A stretch of DNA of 64,000 nt from Polyangia bacterium (GTDB taxonomy: Bacteria; Myxococcota_A; Polyangia; JAHFDS01; DATFWX01), in the NCBI GenBank assembly GCA_035258845.1, contig DATFWX010000130.1, forward strand, positions 17,497-81,496, in the 5' to 3' direction. Positions 1 to 12,406 of this stretch are shown here, piece after piece. Position 1 is the first letter of the stretch. Each line of letters opens with the position of its first letter. Both the position numbers and the translations under genes were made by a program. The notes beneath the pieces were generated by a model. The model saw only the letters and a list, made by a program, of their open reading frames with translations, made no database searches and was not told the origin of the DNA.

Positions 1-153
1 GCTGATGCGGTCCGAGACCACCATGATCCGCTTGCCGTCGGCGGTGGTGTAGTTGTCACGGACCTTGCCGCGATAGCGCGTCCCGATGGAGCCGAGATCA
101 GCCTCTGCAAGAGTCCTTTCGAGCTGAGCGCGGATGATGTCGTCCGAAACCAT
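1..153 (-). CDS. purC: Phosphoribosylaminoimidazole-succinocarboxamide synthase (SAICAR synthetase), N-terminal fragment; the gene continues beyond the window start
   Basis: Reverse translation gives MVSDDIIRAQLERTLAEADLGSIGTRYRGKVRDNYTTADGKRIMVVSDRIS, a typical PurC N-terminus (GKVRD..Y). The ATG at 153..151 overlaps the purB stop. Confidence 0.7.
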   Translation of the reverse strand, partial: MVSDDIIRAQLERTLAEADLGSIGTRYRGKVRDNYTTADGKRIMVVSDRIS

Positions 154-1458
154 TCAGTCGTGCTCCTCGGCAAAGGCGCGCGCAAAGATTGCGTCCACGT
201 TGCGCAAATGATGATTCAGATCGAACGCCTGATCGAGCTCGGTGGGTGCAAGCAGGCCGGCCACTTCGGGATCTCGAGCCAGAAGGTCGCGGAAGCGGCC
301 GCGACCGGCGTGCGCGGCCAGGGCGTTTTTCTGCACGATCTCGTAGGCGCGCTGGCGCGGCAGTCCCTTTTTCACGAGCAGAAGCAGCACGCCCTCGCTG
401 AACACGAGGCCGCCCGAGCGCTCGAGGTTTTGCAGCATGCGCTCGGGATATAGGACCAGGCCCTCGATCAGACGCTCCAGGCGCACCAGCATGAAATGGG
501 CAAGCGTGGTCGCGTCGGGGAAAATGACGCGCTCGACCGAGCTGTGCGAGATGTCGCGCTCGTGCCACAGCGCCACGTCCTCGAGCGCCGCGCCCGCGTA
601 TGCGCGCAGAAGGCGCGCCAGGCCGGTCAGATTCTCCGACTGAATCGGGTTCTTCTTGTGTGGCATCGCGGACGAGCCTTTCTGGCCCTTGCCGAAAGGC
701 TCCTCGGCCTCGCCCACCTCGGTCCGCTGCCAGTGCCGGATGGTGAGCGCGATCTGCTCGACGGCCGCGCCTAACAGCGCGAGCGCACACGCCAGCTCGG
801 CGTGCCGGTCGCGCCCCACCACCTGCGTCGGCACGGTCTCCGGGCGCAGCCCCAGCTTGGCCAGCGCGCGCTCTTCGATCGCGGGCGCGAGGTGGGCGTA
901 GGTGCCGACCGCGCCCGCGATCTTGCCGACCGCGATGCCGGAGCGGGCCCAGCGCAGTCGGCGGCGGGCGCGCGCAAGCTCGGCGTGCCAGCGCGCGAAC
1001 ACGAGCCCGAGCGTGGTCGGCTCGGCGTGGATGCCGTGCGTGCGGCCGATCATCGGGGTTCGGCGATGCTCCTCGGCGCGGCGGCGCAGCGCCGCCAGCA
1101 GCGCGTCCACCTGCTTGTCGATCAGATCCACGGCCTCGCGCAGCAGGATCGCGAGCGCGGCGTCGAGCACATCCGACGAGGTCATGCCCAGATGGAGCCA
1201 GCGCGCCGGCTCGCCCGCCGACTCCTCGACCTGGGTCAGAAAAGCGATCACGTCGTGCTGCGTACCGGCCTCGATTTCGACAATGCGCGCCGGATCGAGC
1301 CGCACCTGGGCCCGCACCGCGGCCGCGGTTCCGCGCGGCACCTCGCCCAGCTCTTCCATGGCCTCGCAGGCGGCCAGCTCGACCGCGAGCCAGGTCTCGT
1401 AGCGGTGCGCATCCCCCCACAGCTCCTGCATCTCGGGGCGCGCGTAACGACTGATCAT
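154..1458 (-). CDS. purB: Adenylosuccinate lyase
   Basis: 434 aa with the fumarate-lyase signature [11 protein letters not shown]. The ATG at 1458 overlaps the upstream stop as ATGA. Confidence 0.95.
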   Translation of the reverse strand: MISRYARPEMQELWGDAHRYETWLAVELAACEAMEELGEVPRGTAAAVRAQVRLDPARIVEIEAGTQHDVIAFLTQVEESAGEPARWLHLGMTSSDVLDAALAILLREAVDLIDKQVDALLAALRRRAEEHRRTPMIGRTHGIHAEPTTLGLVFARWHAELARARRRLRWARSGIAVGKIAGAVGTYAHLAPAIEERALAKLGLRPETVPTQVVGRDRHAELACALALLGAAVEQIALTIRHWQRTEVGEAEEPFGKGQKGSSAMPHKKNPIQSENLTGLARLLRAYAGAALEDVALWHERDISHSSVERVIFPDATTLAHFMLVRLERLIEGLVLYPERMLQNLERSGGLVFSEGVLLLLVKKGLPRQRAYEIVQKNALAAHAGRGRFRDLLARDPEVAGLLAPTELDQAFDLNHHLRNVDAIFARAFAEEHD

Positions 1459-2281
1459 GCGGGCAATGGAAGCGGGAGCTGGTCGCCGGGCAGACCGGTC
1501 GCAATGTCCACTCCACGCTCGTGGACCGTGATGGGCGCCATCACGCGGCTCTGCGACGCCACCAGCACCCGCGTTGGCTGGCGCCCAATCACGCGTCCGA
1601 CCGCAGCCCGCGCCAGCGCCGCGCGATTGTTCATCTGTGACAGGTGCGCCAGCACGATCACACGCGGCAGCGGCCGCCCCATGGCGCGCAGAAACTCGGC
1701 CGCCTCCTCATTCGACAGATGGCCGCGCCGCCCGCCGATACGGCGCTTGAGCGAGGGCGGATAGTTGCCATAGCTCAGCATCCCGGGATCATGATTGGTC
1801 TCGAGCACCATCACGCTGCAGCCCGCATAGGCGGCCACCACGTCGGGCGCCGGGTGCCCGCAATCGGTGAGCACGCCTACCCGGGCCTGCCCGACCGCCA
1901 GAACGAATCCGACCGGCTCCACGGCATCGTGTGGAAGCGCGACCGCGGTTACTTGGATCGCTCCAATTGTGAATGATTTCCGTGACTTAATTCGAACAGT
2001 GCAATCCGCCGGCAGCTCCAGCGCCTCGATCGTGCCGCCGGTGGCGTACACGCGCAGCCCGCGCGCAGCCAGCGCCTGGGCATGGCCACCATGGTCGGTG
2101 TGCTCGTGCGTGACCAGGACACCGTCCAGGCTCTCGGGCGCCGGTGCCCCTGGAACCCGGGCCAGACGGCGACACAGCTCCCGATGCGCGAGCCCAGCGT
2201 CGACCAGGAGGCGCGTGCCTTCGGCCTCCACATAAAGGGAGTTCCCACCGCTCCCGCTGGCCAGAATCGAGAGCTTCACAC
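1455..2281 (-). CDS. MBL-fold metallo-hydrolase (YycJ/PhnP-like)
   Basis: [14 protein letters not shown]...HEHTDHGG (HxHxDH) ... PHD, about 275 aa. GTG start at 2281 preceded by a GGAGG. The 738-aa ORF in this frame is an upstream run-on and was rejected. Confidence 0.8.
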
Positions 2282-2399
2282 GCCTTCTGCCTCCGAGAGG
2301 ATGCCCTCTTTTAGCGGAAACCACCTGCCCTGGCAAGTGTGACCTGGGCCACCTGAAATGCGAGGCCGGGCTCGTGCGTATGGAAGGAGAGGCAGACCC

Positions 2400-3842
2400 A
2401 TGCGCTCCGCGCAAGGCCCGTTCGCCCCGCCGCCGCCCGACATCCGAATGGTCGGTCGCGCGGTCGGGGGCCTGCTGCTGGCGACCGGCGCACCGATGCC
2501 GGCCGACCGCGCGCGCGCCGACGCCGCCCTTGCGCGGCTGGGCCGGCCGCCCCTCGAAGAGCGCGACCTTGTGCTGGCGACGCCCGAGGAGCTGGCGCCC
2601 CGCATTCCGGCCTCTGCGCGGCCGGGTCTGCTCGCGCTGCTCTACGAGCTGGCGGGCGACGAGCCCATCCGACGTCGCCTGGCCGATGCCTACGCGCGGC
2701 TGTTTTCGGCCCGGACCGCCGACGAGCCGCCGCTGTCGGCGGTGCCGCCGCTGCGCGCCTTGAAAACGCCCGCGCGCGCCCTTGTGCGCTGGCTTCTGGG
2801 CCCCCTGCCCCGCCACCATGATCGACTCTGGGAGGTGGAGATGAGCCACGGACCGTATCGCGACGCCAATCTCAACGAGCTTCCGGTCGCACCGTCGAGC
2901 CGCGCGCCCTTGCGCGACCGGGTCGAGCGCATCGCAGCCGAATGCCGGGACGTGCTGGCCGCGGTCGAGCAGGTGATCGTGGGCAAGCGGAGCGTGATCG
3001 AACGAGTCCTGGGGGCGTTGGCCGCGCGTGGTCACGTGCTGCTGGTCGACGTGCCGGGCACCGGCAAGACGCAGCTGGTCAAAGCGATCGGAGCTGCGCT
3101 CGCGGTCGAGTTCGGGCGCGTGCAGTTCACCCCCGACCTCTTGCCCGCGGACATCACGGGCGCAAACCTGTTCGACGTGCGCGATCACGAGTTCCGGTTC
3201 CGCCCCGGACCGGTGTTCACGCATCTTCTGCTGGCCGACGAGATCAACCGGGCCACACCCAAGACGCAATCGGCCCTGCTCGAGGTGATGGAGGAGCGTG
3301 CGGTCACCGTCGACCGGGTCACCCACCTGCTGGAGGAACCCTTCCAGGTACTGGCCACCATGAACCCGTACGATCACCAGGGTACGTTCCCGCTGCCAGC
3401 CGCCCAGATCGATCGCTTCGCGGTCATGCTCGAGCTGGGCTACCCGTCGAGCGCGGACGAGGTGCGCATGCTCGATCGGCACCTTCACGCGGAGCCTGCG
3501 CTCAAGGCGGTGCGGCCCGTGATTGCGCGCGAAGGATTTCTCGAGTGGCAGGCCACGGTGCCACTGATTCACGCAAGCCCCGACATCAAGCGCACGGTGG
3601 TCGACTACGTGCACGGTCTGCGGGCGGCCGAGCCGGGTCGCCCGGGGCCGAGCCCGCGTGCCACGCTTCACTGGGTGCGTCTCGCGCAGGCGCGCGCGCT
3701 GCTATGCGGGCGCGAGTTCGTGACCGTCGAGGACGTGCTGGAGGTCGCGCCCGATGTGCTGCGGCATCGCCTGTGGTCCGACGGGGCCAGCGTGCGCGAG
3801 CGGCTGCGCGGGGTGGCCGTGCGCGTGGCGGGGACGCCATGA
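2400..3842 (+). CDS. MoxR-family AAA+ ATPase with an N-terminal extension. An alternative internal start at 2841 gives a canonical 333-aa MoxR
   Basis: Walker A VDVPGTGKT, DEINRA and the MoxR core. The ATG at 2400 follows GGAAGGAGAGG; an in-frame ATG at 2841 follows GGAGGTGGAG. Confidence 0.85.
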   Translation: MRSAQGPFAPPPPDIRMVGRAVGGLLLATGAPMPADRARADAALARLGRPPLEERDLVLATPEELAPRIPASARPGLLALLYELAGDEPIRRRLADAYARLFSARTADEPPLSAVPPLRALKTPARALVRWLLGPLPRHHDRLWEVEMSHGPYRDANLNELPVAPSSRAPLRDRVERIAAECRDVLAAVEQVIVGKRSVIERVLGALAARGHVLLVDVPGTGKTQLVKAIGAALAVEFGRVQFTPDLLPADITGANLFDVRDHEFRFRPGPVFTHLLLADEINRATPKTQSALLEVMEERAVTVDRVTHLLEEPFQVLATMNPYDHQGTFPLPAAQIDRFAVMLELGYPSSADEVRMLDRHLHAEPALKAVRPVIAREGFLEWQATVPLIHASPDIKRTVVDYVHGLRAAEPGRPGPSPRATLHWVRLAQARALLCGREFVTVEDVLEVAPDVLRHRLWSDGASVRERLRGVAVRVAGTP

Positions 3843-5344
3843 GGGCCCTTTTTCGGCTTTCTCGCATGGCGGCGCTGCCTGTGCCCGCGCTTCTGGTGGT
3901 GTGGGCGGTCGCGGCGAACGACGGCCCGACCAACCTCGTGCTCAAGACCGGCACGCTTGCGATCTGGCCGCTGACCCTGCTGGTTGCGAGCGCGCTCGGG
4001 GTGCGCTGCCTGGAGGCGCGCCGGCTCGATCACTTGGACCTTTTGACCGGGAGCGGCCGCGCGCTGGCCTGGTCGGCGGCCGCCGTGGTCATCGCGTCGG
4101 TCCGCATCGGCTGGGCCAGCCTGGCCGTGGTGGGCCTGCTCGGGCTGGCGGTCGTGCATCTGACCGCCTTGTGGACCTGCCTGTTCGCGGCCGGACCCGA
4201 GCCGCTCGCACGTGCCACCGTCGAGCGCTGCTTCGAGCCGGCGGTGCCGGTCGAGGGCGATCGGGTCTGCGAGCGGATCCGGCTGGAAGGCGCGCGCATC
4301 CCGCCCGGCTGCCGGCTGTTCGTGTGCGCGCAGCTCGAGCGCGGGCCCGAGAGCCGCTACGTGGTGGAGGCCGAGGCCTCGGGCGCCGAGGTGCTGCTCG
4401 GTGGCGACCTGGGCCCGGCCGTGCGCGGCCAGCTGGTCGCGCCGCCGGTCTCGTTGTGGCTGGGCGATGTGCTCGGTCTATGCCGTGCGCCGCGCATCGA
4501 GCGCGGCGAGGCGCGACTTCTGGTGCTGCCGCGGCCCGCGCTGGTGGAGAGCGTGGACCCGCTGGTCGGGCGCTCGGGCCCGGGCGACGACTCGCGCCCC
4601 ACGGATCGGCTGCCCAGCGAGGGCAGCTTTCGGCTGCGTCCGTACGTCGAAGGCGAGGATGCGCGGCGCATCCACTGGCTGCGATCGCTGGCCCAGGGCC
4701 GGTTGATCGTGCGTCTGCCCGATGAGATCCCGGACGGCCGCGCGCGCGTGCGGCTGCTTCTCGATTGCTTCCTCCTGGGAGCCGACGGCCTGACCTGCCG
4801 CGCGCATCAGGAGCTCCTGGACGCGCTGGTGTCGGTGTGGCTGGGCGTGGGACGCGCGCTCGCCGAGCGCGGGTTCGAGGTGACGGTGGGCACGGCCGCG
4901 CCCGATCTGGTCGAGCGTCCGCTGGGCGCGCAGTGGGCGCGCGAGGCGTTGCGGCTGGGCGCGCAGGTGCGCTGGCAAGACTCGCTGCCGGTCGGCGATC
5001 TGGTGGGCAGACCGCGGCCGGGCTGCCGGACCATCGTGGTGTCGTGCCGGCCCCGGCAGCTCGATGACGGCCCGCAGCCCGAGTGGATCCTGGTGCCGGC
5101 GGCGCTGTGGACCCGCCCCGAGGCACCGAGCGCTCGCGTGAGCTGGGGCGTGCTCCCGTTTCCGACCGGCTGCGAGGAGAACCGCTTCACTCGCCGGCGC
5201 CGGCAGCGGCAACGAGTCGCGCGCGCACACGAGCATCGAGCGCTGGTCGAGATGCTGCTCCGGAGCGTGGCCCGGCCGCCGCGCGACCGGGTGCTGCGAG
5301 CCTGCCGGGACCGTGCGGGCGTGCGTCTGGAGGTGGCGCGATGA
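3839..5344 (+). CDS. DUF58 domain protein (MoxR-associated, vWA-like)
   Basis: RPYVEGEDARRIHW DUF58 motif with N-terminal TM helices. ATGA overlap with the MoxR stop. Confidence 0.8.
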   Translation: MRALFRLSRMAALPVPALLVVWAVAANDGPTNLVLKTGTLAIWPLTLLVASALGVRCLEARRLDHLDLLTGSGRALAWSAAAVVIASVRIGWASLAVVGLLGLAVVHLTALWTCLFAAGPEPLARATVERCFEPAVPVEGDRVCERIRLEGARIPPGCRLFVCAQLERGPESRYVVEAEASGAEVLLGGDLGPAVRGQLVAPPVSLWLGDVLGLCRAPRIERGEARLLVLPRPALVESVDPLVGRSGPGDDSRPTDRLPSEGSFRLRPYVEGEDARRIHWLRSLAQGRLIVRLPDEIPDGRARVRLLLDCFLLGADGLTCRAHQELLDALVSVWLGVGRALAERGFEVTVGTAAPDLVERPLGAQWAREALRLGAQVRWQDSLPVGDLVGRPRPGCRTIVVSCRPRQLDDGPQPEWILVPAALWTRPEAPSARVSWGVLPFPTGCEENRFTRRRRQRQRVARAHEHRALVEMLLRSVARPPRDRVLRACRDRAGVRLEVAR

Positions 5345-6837
5345 GCGCGCGTCCGGTCGTCCTCATCTACTGGCTGACGCTCGCGGGCGGCCTGGCTCTG
5401 CTGTCCTTCAGCCGGCCCGAGATGCCGGAGCTGCTGCCTTTGTGGGCGGGAGCGCTGGCCGGCACTGCGCTCGGTCAGGGGCTCGCGCTCGTACGCATGC
5501 GCTTCTGGGTGGGTGCGCTTGCGATTGGTACGCTTGTGATTGCGTTCGCGGGCGTGATCGCAACCGGGGCGCCGGCTCCGCTCTCGTTCCTGGCGGCGTT
5601 CGTCCCGGCTGCTGTGTGCGGCCTGGCCAGCCTGGGCGATGGGCGCGCGCTGGTCGCGTTCTGGTTTCCGGCCGTGCCGTGGATGGTGTGGGTGCTCGAT
5701 CGCGTCGAAGGCGGGGACGCACCCGATCAGATCGACGTGGCCAGTGGGGTCGCCCTGGCGGCGCTGGCGCTCTTATTCGTGCTGCTCCTGCGCGCGACAG
5801 AACGCCGCCGGGTCGCACTCTGGCAGAAGGTCGCGCCGACGCCGCTCACCACGACCGAGCCCCCCAGCGTGCTCCGCGAGTCGCCGGCGCGCCGCGTGGC
5901 GCGGATGGGCGTTTCGGCCGCCCTGGCGGCCGCTGCCGCGGTGGTGGTGGTGGAGCTGGCGCCGCTGCTGTGGCAGCACGAGCAGGTGGCGGCGCCGCCT
6001 GAAGCGCCGCGCGAGCTTGTCACCAGCCAGCCCGTGCTGGCGGTCGACCGCGTGGGCCCGGTGGCCACGCTGCCGTGCTGTCACCAAGTGCTGGTTCCGC
6101 TCCCTCACGCTCGCGTCCGCGAGTATCTCGATGTCGAGGCCGCACACCCGCGACCGGGCCCGACCGAGGTCGCGGGCGTGAATTGCCAGCCGTGCCAGCT
6201 GGCGGCCGCCGCGGCGGCAGCGGTGCCAGCCGGCCCACCGGTCGCGACCGCAGCGGTGCCGCCACCGATGCCGACTCCAGCCCCGCTCGCGCCCGCCCCG
6301 CCCGCCCCGCACGAGCCCGTGTCCACGCCCGTGCCCGCGCCCGTGCCCACGCCTCCGCCGCCCGCCGTCGCGTCCGCTCCGCCGACCACGCAACCGATTT
6401 CAGCAGCGCCCGCTCGATCCGACCCGGCGGCCTGGCTGCGCACGATCCTGGCGGCGGCCTTTCTGCTCGTGCTGGGCGCCCTGGGATTGCGGCCGCTGCG
6501 GCGCGCGCTCATCCTGCGCCACCTGCGTCGTCCCTTCTTTCCCGAGACGGTCGGCCAGCGCGTGTCCAACCTGTGGCAGCTCGCGCGCATCGGGCTGCGG
6601 GACGCCGGCTTTCGCACCTCGACCGGCGAGCCGCCCGGAAAGACCGCCCGCCGCATCCCGGTCCCGGGCCTCGCCACCTGCGCCACCGTGCTCGAGCGCG
6701 CGCGGCATGGCCTCGCGGTCGATCAGCAAGATCTTTCGGCCATGCGCAGCGCGGCCGAATCGGTCTACCGGGCCGCGCGCAGTCGCGTGGGCAGCCTGAT
6801 GCGCGCGCTGTCGTGGCTGCGCTGGCCGCTCGCCTAG
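5341..6837 (+). CDS. Polytopic membrane protein with a Pro-rich linker and a DUF4129-like C-terminal region; third gene of the MoxR operon
   Basis: ATGA overlap with DUF58. Multiple TM segments, PAPLAPAPPAP low complexity, and a C-terminal RRPFFPETVGQR...TARRIP region. Confidence 0.6.
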   Translation: MSARPVVLIYWLTLAGGLALLSFSRPEMPELLPLWAGALAGTALGQGLALVRMRFWVGALAIGTLVIAFAGVIATGAPAPLSFLAAFVPAAVCGLASLGDGRALVAFWFPAVPWMVWVLDRVEGGDAPDQIDVASGVALAALALLFVLLLRATERRRVALWQKVAPTPLTTTEPPSVLRESPARRVARMGVSAALAAAAAVVVVELAPLLWQHEQVAAPPEAPRELVTSQPVLAVDRVGPVATLPCCHQVLVPLPHARVREYLDVEAAHPRPGPTEVAGVNCQPCQLAAAAAAAVPAGPPVATAAVPPPMPTPAPLAPAPPAPHEPVSTPVPAPVPTPPPPAVASAPPTTQPISAAPARSDPAAWLRTILAAAFLLVLGALGLRPLRRALILRHLRRPFFPETVGQRVSNLWQLARIGLRDAGFRTSTGEPPGKTARRIPVPGLATCATVLERARHGLAVDQQDLSAMRSAAESVYRAARSRVGSLMRALSWLRWPLA

Positions 6838-6862
6838 CTTCCTTGCGCTGGACTAGCTTTTC

Positions 6863-9703
6863 CTACTTGGCGTTGGAGCAGCAGCGGAAGCCGACGTCTG
6901 AGTAGCCGGTGGCGGCGTCGACCCTTTGCACGAAGTCGCAGCGCGTGCGTGCCTGCTCACGCTGCGCGGAGCCGCCCACCGCGATCCGCTCGGCCACCCA
7001 CTCGGCGACGTTGCCGATCATGTCATAGGTGCCGACCGGGCTCTTGCAGCGCGGGAAGCTGCCGGCCTCTTTGGGCGCGCCCGACAGGTTGCAGCGCGCG
7101 GCGTCGTGCGTGTTGCCCCACGGATAGCTGGCGCCGTTCGGACCCTGGCAGGTGGCCAGCCATTCGCGGCGCGTGCACAGTCGGGCGCCGCGCAGCTTGC
7201 AGGCGCGCTCGGCGTCGGCCCAGGTGACGTTGGTGCGCGGCACGATGTGGCCGCCCGGGTACTCGTAGGCGTCGATGCAAAAAGCGTGGCCATCGACCTG
7301 GTGGCGCTTTGCGCCCAGCGGGCAGCCGGCGCTGTCCTCGCTGGTCGCCGGCTGTACGATCGGGGCCACCGGTGTGGGTGGAGGCGGGGACGCGGCGGGC
7401 GCGGGCGGTGCGGGCGACAGCACCGCGGGCGCCGGCTGCGCGGGCGCCAACGCGGGCGCGGGTTGCGCCTGCGGCTCCTGCTTGGCCAGAGCCTCGCGCC
7501 GGCGCAGCATCTCGACCTGTTTTTCCTTGGCTGCCCGTTCGGCAGCCGTGTCGCGCGCCTGCCGCCAGCGCAGGACGCCGAGCGCGCTCAGGGTGAGCAC
7601 GAGAAACCCAAGCCCCAGGATCGCCACTCCGAGCGGCGAAAGCGCCCGGCGCGCCATCACATGTGCGCCGAACTCGAGCGGACGCGGGGGCGGCGGGACG
7701 ATCAGGGTCGGGCCCGAGCGCGACGGCGGCATCGGCGCGGGCGGCGCCGCCGGATCGGAGTGAACCTGCGGTCGCGCGAGGCTCACGGGTGCAGCCGAGC
7801 CGTTGCCCCGCTGGACCGGCTGCGGAAGCTGTGGCGCCGGGACCAGCACCGGCCCGCGTGCGGACGGCAGCGCACGCGTGGGCACTGAGATCGGCGTCGG
7901 CGTGGGCTCGACCGGCTCGGGCAGCGGCGTAGGCGAGTCGAGATCGTCGGTCGCCGCCGCGCCCCGGCTCGCGGTCGGCTGCGGCGGCATGGGCGGGCTC
8001 GCGGCCAGCGACGGCGGCGCCGTCGGAGCCGGCGCCGCCGGGGGCGAAGGGGCGGCTGCGGGCGGCGCCAGGGCTCCCGGCTTGGTGCGGTCTCCAGGCG
8101 GCGCCGACACCGGAGGTGCCGACCCAGGCGGGGCGGGCGGGCCGGCGGGACGCCGCAGCGGCAGGCTCGGAATCGAGGTCACCGGCGGCCGTGGCAGCGC
8201 GGCCGAGCGGGCCGGCGCGGGTGCGGGCGGCTTCGCAAGGGGCGATGGCGGCTTCGCAGTCGGCGCTGGCGGCTTCGCATCCGGTGCCGGCGGCTTCGCA
8301 AGGGGCGCCGGCGGCCTCGCGACCAGTGCCCGCTCGGTGGCCACCTCGGGCGGCGGGATGCGCTCGACTGGAACGGTCTTCAGGTCGTCGAACACGCCCT
8401 CCGGCCGCCCGCTCTCCGGCCGCGCGCCCACCGGGGGCGCCAGTCGCAGCTCCTCGCCCGCGGCCTCCTCGCCCGCGGCCTCCTCGCCCGCCGGCAAAAT
8501 ATCCTCCACGCCCAGCTTCATGGTGTCGCCGCTCGAAGCCGCACGCAGCGCCAGCATCTCCTTCTCGCCGACCTGGCGCGTCTTCTCGCGTTCGGCTCCC
8601 AGCGCTACCTGCAGCTCCTCGTCGCTGATGCGCACCGTGCGCTCGGTCAGCAACGGATCGGCGGCCGAAAGCGGGCTGGGCGAAAGGGGTCGCACGGTCG
8701 CGTCCGGCCGTGTGTCATCGCGCGCCACCGGCATGGGCAGCCGCAACGGCCGCTCGCCCGCGCGCGCCGGCCCCTGTCCCTCGGGTGGGCGCACGCTGCG
8801 TGGGGGCGCGGGCGGCACCCGGCGCCCGGTTCGCGCCACTGCCTGCACCTCGGCCGCCAGCTCGACAACTCCCGGCCGTCGGGTCACGTCATCGTCGCGT
8901 GCTTCGGCCAGCACCTCGGCCAGCGCCGGCGGCACCTTGAGCGGGCCCCCCAGCATCTCCTCGATCACAACCGCAAGCGAGTAACTATCGGCGCGGGTAT
9001 CGGGCAGGGCGGCCGCCCGCACCTCGGGCGCCAGGTAGCGATCGGCTTGCGTTTTCGCCAAAATTTCCTGCAGCTGCGCGTGCGGCAGCTCCCGCCAGAC
9101 GGCGGCGTCGGCCACCTTGACCGCATCCGGCAGGATGATGATGTTCTCGGGCCGCAGCGTGCCCGCGAGCAGCCCGCGCTTGTGCAGCGCGAGCAGGCCC
9201 CGCGACACCTGGTGTACGATCGGCTCCAGGTCGGCCAGTGAAAACGTCTCCGCCTTGTCGCGCCGCAGCTCCAGCACCTTGCGCAGCGGCAGACCCTCCC
9301 AGAGCTGGAGCACCATGTAGGCGCGCTCGCCATCGAGCCCCACGTCGAAGCAGCGCACGACGTTGGGGTGCACGACCTGGGTCGCGCGCGCGAGCGTGTG
9401 CACGAACCGACCCCGCGCCTCCCAGTCGGGCAGCCGCTCCCGATCGAGGATCTTGAGCGCGACCTCGATCTCGACATCGTGATCGAGCGCGCGATAGACC
9501 GTGGCGGTGGGGCCCTCGCCCAGCCGATGCTTGATCTCGTAGCGGTCCGCCACCAGCTGGCCGGTCGCACCTTCGCGCGCACGCGGCGCCGGCTGCTCGA
9601 CCGGTGGCGGCCCCGCCAGCGGCGGCCCGCTCAGAGGCTGCGCGCAGGTGGGACACTGCGCGGTAGCCTCTGCGACCGGCGAACCGCAGCGGAAGCAGAT
9701 CAT
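6863..9703 (-). CDS. Predicted pseudokinase (degenerate Ser/Thr kinase domain) with an N-terminal zinc ribbon, one TM helix and a C-terminal FGE-sulfatase (SUMF1-type) domain
   Basis: MICFRCGSP...CPTC ribbon. Kinase subdomains GEGPTATVY and ALK are present, but HRD is AGT (LAGTLRPEN) and DFG is DAA. Pro-rich linker, TM (LSPLGVAILGLGFLVLTL). FGE motifs YPWGN...DMIGNVAEWV. The ATG at 9703 was confirmed in the sequence. Confidence 0.85.
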   Translation of the reverse strand: MICFRCGSPVAEATAQCPTCAQPLSGPPLAGPPPVEQPAPRAREGATGQLVADRYEIKHRLGEGPTATVYRALDHDVEIEVALKILDRERLPDWEARGRFVHTLARATQVVHPNVVRCFDVGLDGERAYMVLQLWEGLPLRKVLELRRDKAETFSLADLEPIVHQVSRGLLALHKRGLLAGTLRPENIIILPDAVKVADAAVWRELPHAQLQEILAKTQADRYLAPEVRAAALPDTRADSYSLAVVIEEMLGGPLKVPPALAEVLAEARDDDVTRRPGVVELAAEVQAVARTGRRVPPAPPRSVRPPEGQGPARAGERPLRLPMPVARDDTRPDATVRPLSPSPLSAADPLLTERTVRISDEELQVALGAEREKTRQVGEKEMLALRAASSGDTMKLGVEDILPAGEEAAGEEAAGEELRLAPPVGARPESGRPEGVFDDLKTVPVERIPPPEVATERALVARPPAPLAKPPAPDAKPPAPTAKPPSPLAKPPAPAPARSAALPRPPVTSIPSLPLRRPAGPPAPPGSAPPVSAPPGDRTKPGALAPPAAAPSPPAAPAPTAPPSLAASPPMPPQPTASRGAAATDDLDSPTPLPEPVEPTPTPISVPTRALPSARGPVLVPAPQLPQPVQRGNGSAAPVSLARPQVHSDPAAPPAPMPPSRSGPTLIVPPPPRPLEFGAHVMARRALSPLGVAILGLGFLVLTLSALGVLRWRQARDTAAERAAKEKQVEMLRRREALAKQEPQAQPAPALAPAQPAPAVLSPAPPAPAASPPPPTPVAPIVQPATSEDSAGCPLGAKRHQVDGHAFCIDAYEYPGGHIVPRTNVTWADAERACKLRGARLCTRREWLATCQGPNGASYPWGNTHDAARCNLSGAPKEAGSFPRCKSPVGTYDMIGNVAEWVAERIAVGGSAQREQARTRCDFVQRVDAATGYSDVGFRCCSNAK

Positions 9704-9704
9704 C

Positions 9705-12259
<2,555 letters not shown>

Positions 12260-12306
12260 TGTGCGGACTCCTTTCGTCGGAGCCCGCGGGCGCTTGATCC
12301 TTCGCG

Positions 12307-12334
12307 CCTGCACCCCGCGCTGCCGAGGTGCAGG
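12307..12334 (-). promoter_or_regulatory. Perfect 8-bp stem-loop in the pnp 5' leader (candidate RNase III / PNPase autoregulatory hairpin)
   Basis: CCTGCACC-ccgcgctgccga-GGTGCAGG, about 50 nt upstream of the pnp ATG in the rpsO-pnp intergenic region. Confidence 0.45.
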
Positions 12335-12363
12335 AGTCAAGAACCAACTCGCCGCGAGGCTCC

Positions 12364-12400
12364 AAAAACGGGCCGAACGCGCCCTCGCGCGCCCGCCCCG
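12364..12400 (-). terminator. Putative rpsO intrinsic terminator or attenuator
   Basis: A GC-rich imperfect hairpin (CGGGCGCGCGAGGGCGCGTTCGGCCCG) followed by TTTTT on the minus strand, directly after the rpsO stop. Confidence 0.4.
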
Positions 12401-12406
12401 GCTTCG

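Noticed and set aside
98-1516. 472-aa ORF in another frame overlapping purB
   Set aside because: Low-complexity R/G/A-rich translation with no motifs. purB in the adjacent frame is unambiguous.
1455-3671. 738-aa minus-strand ORF spanning the MBL gene and running antisense through the MoxR region
   Set aside because: Only the C-terminal 275 aa has MBL homology and an RBS-preceded GTG start. The remainder is an Arg/Gly/Ala-rich translation typical of open antisense frames in high-GC DNA, and it overlaps the well-supported MoxR gene.
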